Assembly: GCA_951406725.2 (NCBI GenBank)
Contig: OX597833.1
Span: 32,426,001-32,490,000, forward strand
Source of the DNA: Octopus vulgaris
Taxonomy: Eukaryota
Length of the DNA: 64,000 bases
Direction: 5' to 3'
The translations under genes were made by a program, and so were the position numbers. The notes below the pieces were generated by a model. The model saw only the letters and a program-made list of their open reading frames with translations, was not told the DNA's origin and ran no database searches. Below, piece after piece: positions 51,590-64,000 of this stretch (position 1 is the stretch's first letter; each line of letters opens with the position of its first letter).

Positions 51590-53290
51590 GTTATCATTTG
51601 TGTTGTTGTTGTTGTTTTTAGTGTTTTTAATGTTGTTTTAGTGTTTACTAATGTAAACAATAAATACTGTAAATACTGTCCTACCCTATCGTGGCGATTT
51701 TTGTATTCTTTTGGCGCCAGCACAGGACATCTCAAGACGAGATGATCTATTGTTTCATCAAATGTATCGCAGAATCTGCATTTAGGGCCAGAACAGTTTT
51801 GAAGAACGTTAGCTATGTGGTTTTTGGTAAGCAAACTTTGATCTTGTGCCGCCAATACGAAACCTTCAGTCTCTGCTTTCAGTCCTGAATTTCTCAGCCA
51901 CTGATGTATTGTTCCTTGGTTTACATCAGTATTTCGGCTTCGAAGTATATAGTGACCATGCAGAGGCTGCTAACCACGCCGCTCCTTAATTTGTTTCTGC
52001 CTGTTTTCTTTTGCAGTCTGTTTTGTCCGTTTTACTTGTTTTGTAGCAGTGGCTACAGGTTCTTCATCTAATTCCCTTGCGAATTTGCAAACTTTCTTGG
52101 CAATAGAATGTGAATTCTCGCTGCTTTCGTGTTTGCACACAAGCCGCAGCATCCAGTTTTCTGTACTTTAGCACAATTATCAAGGCAAAAATCCATCCCG
52201 ATGTCATTGTTGGACTCTTTAACAGTTATTAACAGCCATACGAGCTCTTTGTCATTTCTAGCAATCAGCTTCAGATCGTCAATATATATTTTTGCTTGAT
52301 TTTTCTTGCTTGTTTCGTCTTTACGTTTACTCCTGTAGCAAGTTCATCGAGAACTAATACATCCGCACACAAAAATTCTATCTCTTTATGTATTGCTGCT
52401 TTTCACTTAAGGGGTATATTGATATGGTTGGTCCTTTTCTGTGTAGTCCTCATACCTAATTGAGCAGTTACAACTTTAGCAGTGGAACATATTAGGTTAT
52501 TTAAGGTTGTTGGGTCATTTCCTTTATTTCTATAATCTGTCTAAGACCAACATTATATATATGTTATGTTTTATGCTGTTTGAGAGCTTTGGTAGCGGTC
52601 TTTGTTGATCATGTCACTAAACTCAGTCTTGATGAGTTCTCGCATATCTTATTTTGCTTCTTTGAACTTCTCTTTATCATTCACTTCAAATTTTGTGCCA
52701 TATCTATTCTGGTGTTCTTGCGGTAGGTCTACTTTCTCCTCTTTTTCTGCATACCTGTTCTTCGCTATTATTTCTTCAGCTTCTTCGCTGGGATGTACTG
52801 CTCGTACACTATGCATCTGTTACGTATTTCATTTTACATTGTTGCTGTTTTCATTTGTTGACCATGGGATATTTGTGTCCTAATTTGGCTAATTTTAGCG
52901 TCATTTACCCTTTAATGATGTCTCTACGTACATTACTTAATCTATTTGCGTCTATATCTCTCTGTACTTCACTGTCTACTAAGTTTTCCCATGAAATGTA
53001 TGTTTGTACAATGAGGTTATTGCCTGGACTTAGTTGGGCTGCATAGACAACTTTCAAAGCATCTCTATAATCCTCTCGAATCCATTTCATGCGTTGTTCT
53101 TTAGGTGGTGCTTTTGTTGGTATCCCCACAGGTCTTGGGTTATGGTTATCCTGGTTTTGGTTACCTGGTAGTTAGTTTGTTTTGCGAGTTTGTTCCAGGA
53201 GCAGACTTTTCGACCCCAGTCTGGTTTCCCACTGGATAACGCAGTACTTGTCCTGGACGATGACCGATCCGGCATGAGTTTTGGCTTGTC
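50725..53290 (-). mobile_element. Fragmented Dong/R4-like LINE
   Basis: AAQDQSL...CRFC...ETIDHLV..CPVLA..EYKNRHDRV motif; N-terminal RMKWIREDY...DANRLSNVRRDI. Confidence 0.75.
50961..51511. repeat. Sixth copy of the ~557-bp TAT-flanked element
   Basis: Same termini, flanked by (ATT)n on both sides. Confidence 0.9.
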
Positions 53291-53291
53291 A

Positions 53292-54129
53292 TTAAAGCAT
53301 TGATGGTGACAATAGAAGACGGGTCTGTTTGTTCAAGGTTAACTTTTTGACATGATACAGTTTACTGGTTCTTCGAAAGGATATATTTATCATATGTATC
53401 GGACCATCTGAAAGAAATCGGCAAGGTAAAGAAACTGGACAAGTGGGTACCACACAAACTGAACGAGCATCAAATGACCCATTGTTTTTGCATCGTATCG
53501 TTACGAGTGATGAAAACTGGATTCTTTTCAACAATAGCAAGCGTTTTACACGGTGATTGGATAGAGACGAAGTGCCAAAACACAATCCAAAAAGAATATT
53601 CACCCCCCCGCGCCAAAAGCTTATGGTGTCTGTTTGGGGGTTCGGCGCTGATGTTATCCACTACATCTTCATTAGATCTGGTAAGTCAATTACAGCGGAT
53701 GTATACATCAACCAATTGGATGAAATAATGAGTGAACTTGCAATTAAATAACCGAGATTGGTCAATAGAGACAGGTCAATTCTTTTGCAAGACAATGCTC
53801 GGCGACATGTTGCACAACGAACGCTACTCAAGTTACAGGAACTGAACTTGGAAGTACTCTATCATCCACCATATCCACCAGACCTTGCATCAACTGGCAA
53901 CATTTTGCAAGGAAAAAACTTCAAATCTGAAGTAGATGCAACAACAGCTTTTCATGATTTCATCACTTCTTTCTCTCCAGGATTCTCCGCTGCCGCATAA
54001 ATAAGCTACCGATAAAATGACAAAATTCTGTTGATAATTTAGGTGCATACTTTGATTAACTACATTGATTTTTGTTGAGATAAAGTATAATAAACTTTCA
54101 CTTCAAAATCGGACACTTCATTCTTAATG

Positions 54130-54133
<4 letters not shown>
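53292..54133 (+). mobile_element. Mariner remnant
   Basis: KLDKWVP, KLMVSVW, LLQDNARRH and HPPYPPDLA motifs. Confidence 0.85.
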
Positions 54134-54176
<43 letters not shown>

Positions 54177-54179
<3 letters not shown>

Positions 54180-56990
54180 TATGGTGTGAATCCTGGTCCA
54201 CTTGTATGTTATTGTCGGCACTGTAATATTCTTGTCGCCACCATTATGTTGTGGCGGTATTCTACGTCTTATTATCTTTGACATGTCTATCGTGCAATCG
54301 CAGATAGCTCCGCTAGACAACGTCTTTGAAACGTTTCTACTTGAACTCGTATATATCACGTAACTGATACTGACTCCAACTGAGAACTCGTACAACAATT
54401 CTATCACTACTGACCTCCTACAACGACTGACTGTCTAACTTTATAGTGGCTTATTCATAACACATGGGAAGGAGTGTACCATTTTCACTACAACATCTCC
54501 CCTTTTAATTCTTTTTTCCTTGGAAAGCAAGTAATTTTTAGCGTTTCTTCCAACTTACTATTTTTTCTTTTGGTGTCTATTTGGCGTATAAGAACTCTGT
54601 GTTAGATTTTTCTTCTACTTGTATGCACGGGTTCAACCACCTGTAACAGTGTTGGTACTTGGAATGTGTCATACAGCCATTCCATAGGTTCTGTCTGGTT
54701 GATTTTGTGTCTTTTTTCAATACTTTTTCTAATTTTATCTCCATACATCATTTTCTCTATGTTCTTTGTAAGTTTTCCTTCCTCCCAGTATTGTTTACCG
54801 TTTTTATACGACCTCATGTACATATTATCACCAATTTTGAAAAATTTTGGATTGTCTTTTCTGGTACTTTTTCTTTCCTCGCCAGGCAACAGTTTATCAA
54901 AAATTGATTTTACCTTCCTCGCGAACATCAGTTCGGCTGGAGAACTTACTGCTGGTGTATAGGTGTTCGGTGTCACCCTATATACCCTTCGTCTGTGGCT
55001 TCCTTGTTTGCTTTTCTCAAAGCTCTTTTGAATGTGTCCACAAAGCGCTCTGCCTGTCCATTTGATCTGGAATGGTAAGGCGCTATCATTTTTTTCTTCC
55101 ACTGTGAACATTTCACAGAATTTTCTAAATTTACTGGACACAAATTGTGTTCCATTATCAGATACAATCATCAAATCTTGCGAATAATTCGTGCAAAATT
55201 ATGAGTGTTGCGGAGGTTGGTCTTTTGCACTTAACAATTTCAGGCCATTTTGAAAAACTATCAACTACTATTATGTAGTAATAACCATTTAACGGATTCG
55301 CAAAATCGATGTGTTGTCTCGCCCATGGACTTTTTACTGATGGCCAACGCTCCCATTTTCAGTAGGCAATTTCGCTGCCATTGCACATCCTCTTTTACTA
55401 CGTTTTCAACTGCCTTCTCCATCTTCGGCCAATACACATAACTTTGCATAAGCACTTTCATCTTTGCGATCGCTGGATGTCCAATATGGAATTCTTTCAA
55501 CATTCTTTTTTGTAGAGTCTTAGGTATCACTACCCTTTGGACATACATCAGTATGCTGTCGCATGTTGAATATATGTTTAGATCTTGTTTCTTTTCTTAC
55601 CAGACCTTTTTTAGTTTTATTTGGCAGACCAGAGAGGTTTTTGGTTTCATTAATGAATTTATCTTTTGACGCGTGTCGCTTTATCTCCTCTAGAGATATT
55701 GATAACTTACGTACAATGTTCTGGGATTCCTTTCTTGGATCCATTAATCGTTAGCAACAGGCGATGGTTGGTTTGTAGTCTAAACTGTCTACCATGTATA
55801 AACAACCTGTGGAACTTCTTTATGCCAAATATAATCGGCAATGCCTCTTTTCTAATTTGGCTACAATTTTTTTCCCACTAATAATAGCGTCCTTGACACG
55901 TGAGCTGTGGCTTTTTGGCTGACAACTAAGTAATAATAACCATTTAACGGACCCGCAAAATCGATGGACTCTTTACTTTTAGAGTACATCACCTACCCCG
56001 TACTCATTAGCAACGGTTACCAATATCGTTTCCAACTTTGGATCGAAGTGTCTAAGCAATAAATTTGAAATTAACACGCTTTTTAGTTCATCAAATGCCC
56101 TCTGACATTTTTTTGATCAAAACCCTTTGGAATCCTTTTTTAACAGCTTCTTTAGTGGAGCCGTTGTGTTGTGTATGTTCGGGATATATACTTGATAGTA
56201 GTTAACCAAGCCTAAAAATGCTTGTAACAATTTTACGTTGGTTGAGAGAGGCATATTCTGTATTGCTGTCGCCCTTGATGGGTCTGGCCTTCGTCTCCTT
56301 TCGTCAATTAGTTGATCCAAATATTTGATTATTTTCATCAAAAATTCACACTTTTCCTCTGTTAGTCTAAACGCGTACTCATTTATTTTTCCGAATACTT
56401 TTTTAATATGTTCGATCGAAGTGTTGCTCCAGTGTCTCGCTCTTTATCAAAATACTATCGAGATAAGCGATAACAAAGTCACAATTATTTAATATTGCGT
56501 CCATCACTTGTTGGAATTTGGCAGATGCCACTTTTACACCATTAGAAAGCCACTTGAAATTATACAATTCACAGTGTATGTTGACTGTTAAAAGGTGTGC
56601 GCAATCTTCCTTTATCTGTTATCTGTAGATAGGCGTCCACGAGAGGTCCATCTTCGAGAACACTTTTCATCCCTTTAGCTTTGAAAACACTCCTTCTGGG
56701 CTTTGTATTGGATAGTTGTATTCGACTAAACAGTCATTTAATCCAGTTGAAAAGTCCGCACACACTCTTAGTTTATTAATATTTTTCTTTAAATAAACCG
56801 CCGGAGCTGCCCAGCCTGAATGACCGACTTCTTCAATTATATCTAGCCTTACTCGTCTTTCTAGTTCTTTATTGACCTGGTCCAAAGCCGTTTGGATATA
56901 AAAATAGGTGTTGCCTTTTCTTTTACAGTGGAATTTACTCCACAAATGATTTTTCGTCAATGCTTCACTTTCCCGTATCACCTACCATTT
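54177..56990 (-). mobile_element. Gypsy/Ty3 LTR retrotransposon remnant (RT, RNase H, integrase, PPT, 3' LTR ~54177-54495)
   Basis: WAAPAV..LRVCADFSTGLND, LQAFLGLVNYY, VSDNGTQF and PYHSRSNGQAERFV motifs; purine tract aaaaggggaga then TGTTGTAG LTR start. Confidence 0.9.
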
Positions 56991-57021
56991 TAGTCTCGAG
57001 CAACGTCGAGTATCTCTGCTA

Positions 57022-57057
<36 letters not shown>

Positions 57058-57061
<4 letters not shown>

Positions 57062-57818
57062 TTTAATCATATCAAAGGGAAATGGAATTTAATTAAAATA
57101 AAAATCATTTAATCAAAATTTACATTTCCAGTGGTCTAACGCGTGAAAAAATTTTAGTCAAAAAGACTATATATTAGTCATACGATATAGTGTATATTTA
57201 AACACATAGAGAATCCACTTATAGGGATTCTACGCATTAGAAAGAACAGCTAGGTTCTATGACTACAAAAAATTGGGATAAAAATTCGACAGGAATAAAT
57301 TTGGAAATGAAAAACATTTACCATCTAGTATCCTGGACCAATTGGTTTCTGATCATGTTTTAGCGAGTCATGGAGAACTCACAAGGTTTGATTTTCTTCA
57401 GCATGTCCAACCTAGTGTTAAACATATCCACACGAAACAAACAAGTCTACCTGTCTCGTGTTTATACGAACTAACTTTTCAAATTCACTGCGCAGACGCA
57501 GTCCTTCGTTGGCTACAATAAAAAACCGACAACTTATTAACCGAAAATTATCCTAAAACTTACAGTATTTAATCATATCAAAGGGAAATGGAATTTAATT
57601 AAAATTAAAAACATTTAATCAAAATTTACATGACCAGTGGTCTAACGTGTAAAAAAATTTAGTCAAAAAGACTATATATTAGTCATACGATATAGTATAT
57701 ATTTAAACACATAGAGAATCCACTTATAGGGATTCTACGCAATAGAACTTAGCTGTTCTTTCTATTGCGTAGAATCCATATAAGTGGATTCTCTCTGTGT
57801 TTAAATATACACTATATC

Positions 57819-57821
<3 letters not shown>
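57058..57821. repeat. ~190-bp direct repeat plus fold-back inverted copy, flanked by (TA)n
   Basis: Copies 57058-~57262 and 57564-~57747; inverted segment 57742-57821. Confidence 0.8.
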
Positions 57822-57882
<61 letters not shown>

Positions 57883-57883
57883 G

Positions 57884-57920
<37 letters not shown>

Positions 57921-58714
57921 CTACGTTCCTTATGCATTCGAAAACTGAGTTACCGATGTTGACGTATGGGGTATCAAAGGATTCGGTAATTTTTCGGCTA
58001 CCAAATAAACTTTATTTTCATTTACATATCTTCTACGTTATCTCAACAACTAACTTTAGTTATTTGAAAGACACTGCACTAAAATGACCAGGTTTCATTA
58101 GAAAGTGAAAATAGTCTTACACTTTCAATTTAAAACAAAATTACAAACTGTTGCAATATGTGAGTGACAATGTGTGAATAATGAAAGTAATGTTTTTACG
58201 AATTAGTCACACCTGTACTATAATAAAGAAAGCTGTTTATCATCTATCTATCTATATAATATTGTGTTATCCCATAAGTAACACGGTTTTTCAATTGCAT
58301 GAAAAGTCAGACGGGTTAGGGTAAACTACCTGCATCAATTTGCTATAAAAGCACTCACTCACTCACTCACTCACTCACTCACTCACTCACTCACTCACTC
58401 ACTCACTCTCTCTCTCATGCACATGTACACATGCACACATACACACAGCCACACAGGTCCATTTCATATACACGTACATATATCTTTCACTTTCTCCTCT
58501 CTTTCCCTTTCTGCTCTCACTTCAAAGAAAATGCTGCCTTTTTACTTTCTCCCCTCTTTCAATTTCTGCTCTCTTCAAAGCATAAAGAAATTTTTGAAAT
58601 TACGGAAATTATGATCGGAAATTATGATCGAGTTGACCTCTTTGCTGCTTCAAACGAAAGAATGCCATAAAATAACTTCCTTTGACACACACATGCACAA
58701 ACGCATGCACGCAT

Positions 58715-58766
<52 letters not shown>

Positions 58767-59399
58767 ACACACACACATACACACACACACACACTGGGTA
58801 AAACGTCTGTACGAATTATGTCATTTCGTGATGTTTGCACGCGCAAAACTACACCTCAAATCCAGTTGAAATGACCTTTTTCTATTCTGTAGTTTGTGTT
58901 TGTTTTCTTCGATATAAACTTAAAAGGAAGTTTTCCCAGAAATTTTGTCCTTTTCCTGTTGTTTCTACCATGTGCAAGGTGACATTTGCTTCCTTACCCC
59001 TTATCTTTTCCTAAATTTCTTCCGATTCCTGTTTTCGATTCAGGGAATTAGGATTTCGCCCGAAAAACACGTTCTCAGTATTTTAATTTTATCCTTCCCT
59101 TGATACTAATACACGGACGTAGCGAAGAACCTAGCAAAATTTCGAAGAGGATAGTCATGTGACACGTTGGAAGTGTTTGAACACGGAGAAAAGCGATGAC
59201 GAAAACTTTACTACATATGTGAGTAGAGTGAACAGAAAGTGCGATCAACACTGTATAAACTAACTCCAGACTCGTTCAAGTGCCTGATTTTTGCTTCACA
59301 AGTAAATTTCAGGCCCTAACCTGTCATGGAAAACTGTGGGTGTGGGGTATGTGAATTTTGAACCCACCGAAAAGTTACTAGTGGATATACTTGCCTTTG

Positions 59400-60360
59400 C
59401 GGCGGTGGGCGCTGCGTCTAACACGACTCATCGTCTGAAAGTTTGACACTTCCTCAGGTTAGTTGCCCTACATCACCCAAAAAGTAAATTTGGAGGAACT
59501 TTGGTTGTTCATTTGTGGGTAACAGGGAACCAATAGACTTGCTGATAGACTTGTCCTCAACTTTGAACGTCAGTATAAATCCATCTTCAACTATCTCCTT
59601 AGATGCACCAAACGATGTCATTTAAAATGTAGTTTTGTATTATCTGATATTGTTGTGGAAGTCCTTTGACTGGATCGAAGTGCCTTCCAGAAGATCCATA
59701 AGAGGTTGAGGAGGAGCTGGTAGTGTTGGCAACCTTACCTTACCGCCTAAGCAGCGCATGCCGTTAGCTTTGCCATAAACTTTGCAGAAACGACAATTTG
59801 AGTGTGGCACACTAATTTGGACAGAATTAACATTTTTATAAGAATAAGATGGATCACAGTTAAAAGCAGTTCCAGGAATTGTGAAGAACGAATTTGTACA
59901 TGTTCTGTTTCTTAGAGCTATTGTATTGGACCTCTTTTGAGACTTCATTTGAGACTTCATCTGACTTCATCAGCATGTCTATGCTGATCTTGGGAAAGTC
60001 TCACCTTCTTTCTGTATTGATACTCAATCTGACATGTCCTTGTTGATCTTGGGAAAGTCTTACCTCCCTTCTCTCTTGAGACTCGCCTTCGGTTTTCTAC
60101 AATCGTCCTTGCTTTATAATTGTTTCAGAAGAGATTAGGTTTTTTTCTTTTGTAGCATATTTTTTTCAATATTGTAAGAAAAAAAAATGAAATTCGAAAA
60201 AATATACATTAATCTTTATTTTAGTATGTCTCTATTTTTGCATGCAGTGTAAATTAACAAAATAGAAGCACACTATGGACTGCCGAAAGATTACTGAATC
60301 TTTTGATACCCCATACATTAAAATCGGCAACTCAGTTTTCGAATATATAAAGAACATCCG

Positions 60361-60402
<42 letters not shown>

Positions 60403-60430
60403 CTCTTATACAATTATATATATATATATA
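59400..60430 (-). mobile_element. Helitron RepHel N-terminal remnant
   Basis: CRFC...GMRCLGGKVRLP.L..PPQPL.DLL....SKDF.NNIR..F.MTSFGA..TFKV motif; tandem repeats at 59940-60090. Confidence 0.8.
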
Positions 60431-60592
60431 TATATGTATATCCACATGCATACATAGTGATGCATCGCCTATTTAACAATTGGCGATACATTTCAACACT
60501 ATAACCATGTAGTAACATTAAAATATATAACGAAGCAAGGTAACAACAACGTAACAATCCGGGGAACTCCCCAAGAACCGTATATGAACTAA

Positions 60593-60613
60593 TCTGTATC
60601 TATAAAAGGCATG

Positions 60614-60652
<39 letters not shown>

Positions 60653-61841
60653 TGATTGTAATTTATGCACGTCCACAACTTAGCACGCATGTCGCTCCAA
60701 TTTCAGGACATTCGTCAACATCCTATCTGGGTTTTGTCAACTTATTTTTTTCCCGAGGCACCCGCGGATATCAGTAAAAATCTATTTTCAGCTATAGCTT
60801 TTAGCGGTAAAAATCTATTTTCAGCCATAGCTTTTACCTATTTTGAAGATTGATTACATGAGTTAAGTCCCTTCTAGCCATAGCCAAGCGAAAGTGTGTG
60901 CGTGAGGGAGAGAGAGTGTTTTGCAACGTCTAACAAAAATAGTAAAGAAAAATTATGTGTAAGGAAGAGTGGGAGATAGTTTGACCAGCGTCTAACAAAA
61001 AAAAACAAGGTAAAGAAAAATGGAAGAGAGGCAGAGAGTTTCACACCGTCTAAACAAAAAAAGGGAAAGATAAAGAGGGAGAGAGAGAGTAAGTGACGAC
61101 GTTCATAAAAAATAAAATGTAAAATGTTTTGTTTTTTCTTAAACACGAGATATAGTGTTCAAATTTAGGATGTTTTTGAAAGACATTATATTTTATAATC
61201 ATAGTGTATATACTTTCTTACACCACAATTACAATATATTTATTTTAAATCATTTATTTATTTTAAATCGTTCATCTTTCTCCCCCCCTCTCTCTCTCAC
61301 ACACACACATTACTTTGGGTGCGAAAGAGTTTTATTTTTATTTTACGCCGAGTGAAAAGTGCTTTGTTGACAATCCATTTATTTAACAACAAAGAAACAA
61401 AGAGGTAGGTAACAATTTGTCAGTGAATTACACAATATAAATGGGTACAATTTCCGAGGCTTCCACTACACCCCACTCCGTTTCATGAACCACAAAAAGG
61501 GTTTTGTAGCATATTAGGAGGCCAGAGTAGTTGCTTCCACGCAAAAAAACCCGATTTTTTTCTTAGTGAAAATCGTGCGAGTGTTAATCTACAAATTTAA
61601 CAACTTTTTTCCCATTCATTTCTGCTTTTGAACATGTATGCGTGCACAAAACATGGAATATGTGTACGTACGTGTGTGTATGTGTGTTGGTATGTGTTGC
61701 CCATATATATTTATATTATATTATATTGTATATATTTAATATAATCAATTTCAATGGATTTCGCCCAAAATGACGTCGATAGAACTTGATTAGCTTAATA
61801 ATCGTAATTTAATCCCGGGCAAGGCCGGGTTATATTGCTAG
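60593..61841 (+). mobile_element. Non-autonomous Helitron
   Basis: A|TCtgtatctataaaa 5' end followed by (TG)n; hairpin cccgggcaaggccggg and CTAG|T at 61838-61841. Confidence 0.75.
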
Positions 61842-62896
61842 TAAACGATATTGCGACAAACTGCCACGACACCTTACAGCTTCTTGCGATTAACACCTAC
61901 CCTCCGTCTCTCACTTAGACCGCTAATATTTATAGGCGTTCGGTCAAGTCTATTCTCGCATGTGGTGTCATGCCTCTCGCCACAACACATACATACATAC
62001 ATACATACATACATACATACATACATACATACATACATGCATGAGTATATTTCGGTGTAGCAAGTAAAAAAAAAAACGCGAATATTTCAAGTTCGCCAGA
62101 ACATAGACATAATTTCACACAAAATAGCACTAAATATTGAATGACAGAAATGATGTTGTAACCTTAAGGATTACCAAATTAATGTATGTACATCTGTTTT
62201 ATTTCTCGCAAATTATATAAGTTTCAAAACTATATTATCTTTGGATATATATTTTAAATATATAAGTCATCATACAAAACCAAATTCCGCTGTAGTTGTC
62301 ATGTGACTTGTCTACACAACTGGTTGGTGCACCGCTTCGCCTCTGTTGTTTTGATGCAGTTCCTACAACCATATAGAGGATATAAAGTGTCTAGGGAGGT
62401 TGATTAGTTTTAACATTGTAAGTGAATTTAAGCTTTATTTAAGAGTCCTTTTGATTTGTCTTCCGTTAGAGTAGCCTGAGATGTTACTTGGGTTAGTTAT
62501 AGTCTTTCATTATTTAACAAAATGATGTTTGCTAAAACAAACAACAACAATAACAGTAACAACTACAAACAGACATCTTTCGCATCGTAAAAGGAAATGA
62601 AATATTTTCTTCTTCCGCTTAGAATTTAGTTGTGACTCTGTTGTCGTTACTTATTCTTGGCACAGGTTCTTCGGGGAGCTTCCAATGCAACTCGTCTTCA
62701 AATAAGTCATCAGGTTCATTCCATATTGGAAGTTTTATGATTAGACCTGTTAAAGTAAATGTAGAATAAAAAATAGAGGGCTAATATGACAAATGGAGCA
62801 GAGTATTAGGTATATGAACAGTTGTTGTTGTTGGTGATGTTGTGGACGCATCAATGTATGTGGGTGTGCGTGTGTGTGTGGTGTGTGTGGTGTGTG

Positions 62897-62930
<34 letters not shown>

Positions 62931-63084
62931 GTGTGCGTGTGTGTGCGTGTGTGTGTGCGTGCGTGCATGTGTACGTGTATAGTGGCTGGTTGGCTGTGAA
63001 TTGATTAATCACTCAGTTTACAAGTAACGAGCCATATATATATATATTGATACACACTGTAAACGTCAGTAAGGTGAATTAATT

Positions 63085-64000
63085 GTGTTATTATTAATTG
63101 TTGCGTCGTTTGACGCTGGTTTTTGCTGCCTTACGGCAGTTTTGTTGACGTGTTCCGCCTTTGTTGAAGGGGGTAACATGTTTTTTTTTAAAAAAAAGAT
63201 GGAATATGAAAAGATGCGTTCGTCCGGGGACGAATTACTCCAAGCAATTTTTGAGATAGACAAGCAGGAAGAAAGAATGAATGTTGCGGTGGCGGCCAAA
63301 AGCCACAAAGAAGTGAACAGTGAAAAGCTGGACAACTACAAGAATCTGCTTCGTAGGGCAGGGCAAGACGTAAAGTTGTCTCCTCCCCAAGACGTATTAC
63401 AGGAGACTAAGAACAGAATGATAACTTACAGAACTTATTTTGTCAAGAACTTATTTTGTCCAGAAAATAGGAGTAATGATGAACGGAGAAATTGAAAAGG
63501 CGCTAAACCCTATCTGGTAGTGGGAGAAAATTCAGAATGGTAGAGGTGCGGTTCCGGGATGGAGCAACAGCCAGGCGACACTCGGTGACCCTCCTGAAAA
63601 CAGATGAGGTAATTCTTCTATCCATATACCTTAGAAGGCGTGCTCCCAGAGTGAGGGTGGAAGATATACCTCCGGAGATAAATGTGGCCTGGCTGGTGGC
63701 AGCGATATTGCTGATTATGAAGGATAAGATAACAGTCCTCCAAGATACTAGCAATGCTAACAAGAATTGGCAGGCGTAGACTCTGAATATGGTGATTCAA
63801 GCAACCGCCGAGAACCTCGAAGAAATGGTATAAACCATAACGATCAAGGTTAGTTTGGAGGGCAGGAACCATCGGTGTTGCAAATGTGGTAAAAAAGGTT
63901 ACATTAGAGTAGACCGCTCTCCACTACTCATAAATCATCCAGAAGCGACAGTGTCTGTAAAAGAAACCGCAGCTCCACCAACGGAGAAGGTCAACGGAAG
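63085..64000 (+). pseudogene. Degenerate fourth Tx1-like ORF1 homolog, truncated by the window edge
   Basis: GRKFRMVEVRF, YLRRRAPRVRVEDIPPEINVAWL and LEGRNHRCCKCGKKGYIR align with the intron-4 ORF1 proteins; stops and frameshifts present. Confidence 0.75.

Noticed and set aside
59100-59290. Possible Gypsy gag fragment (DSFKCLIF)
   Set aside because: Too short and degenerate to support

Overview
Repeat-rich animal genomic DNA, most likely octopus/coleoid cephalopod (inferred from the SINE families, the Dong/R4 and Penelope load and the microsatellite density). The only host gene I can support is a 9-exon Rh-type (Amt/Mep/Rh family) ammonium transporter on the + strand. Its CDS runs 786-36448 with all GT-AG introns in compatible phases and totals 1341 nt (446 aa); the twin-His and Phe-gate residues are kept but several other usually conserved motif residues differ. 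The rest is transposable elements: Tx1, CR1-like, Dong/R4, Penelope with hammerhead ribozyme motifs, Gypsy, mariner, Chapaev-like, Helitrons, SINEs and MITEs. The most striking structure is in intron 4: a head-to-tail array of three ~1.7-kb ORF1-only retroelements (RRM-like plus CCHC knuckle, no ORF2) nested in a non-autonomous Helitron. Their 3' tail is shared with a Tx1 ORF2 remnant in intron 2 and with a Nin/Deu-domain SINE, suggesting one retrotransposition machinery used by ORF1-only, ORF2-bearing and non-coding partners. All calls are by eye; no searches were run.
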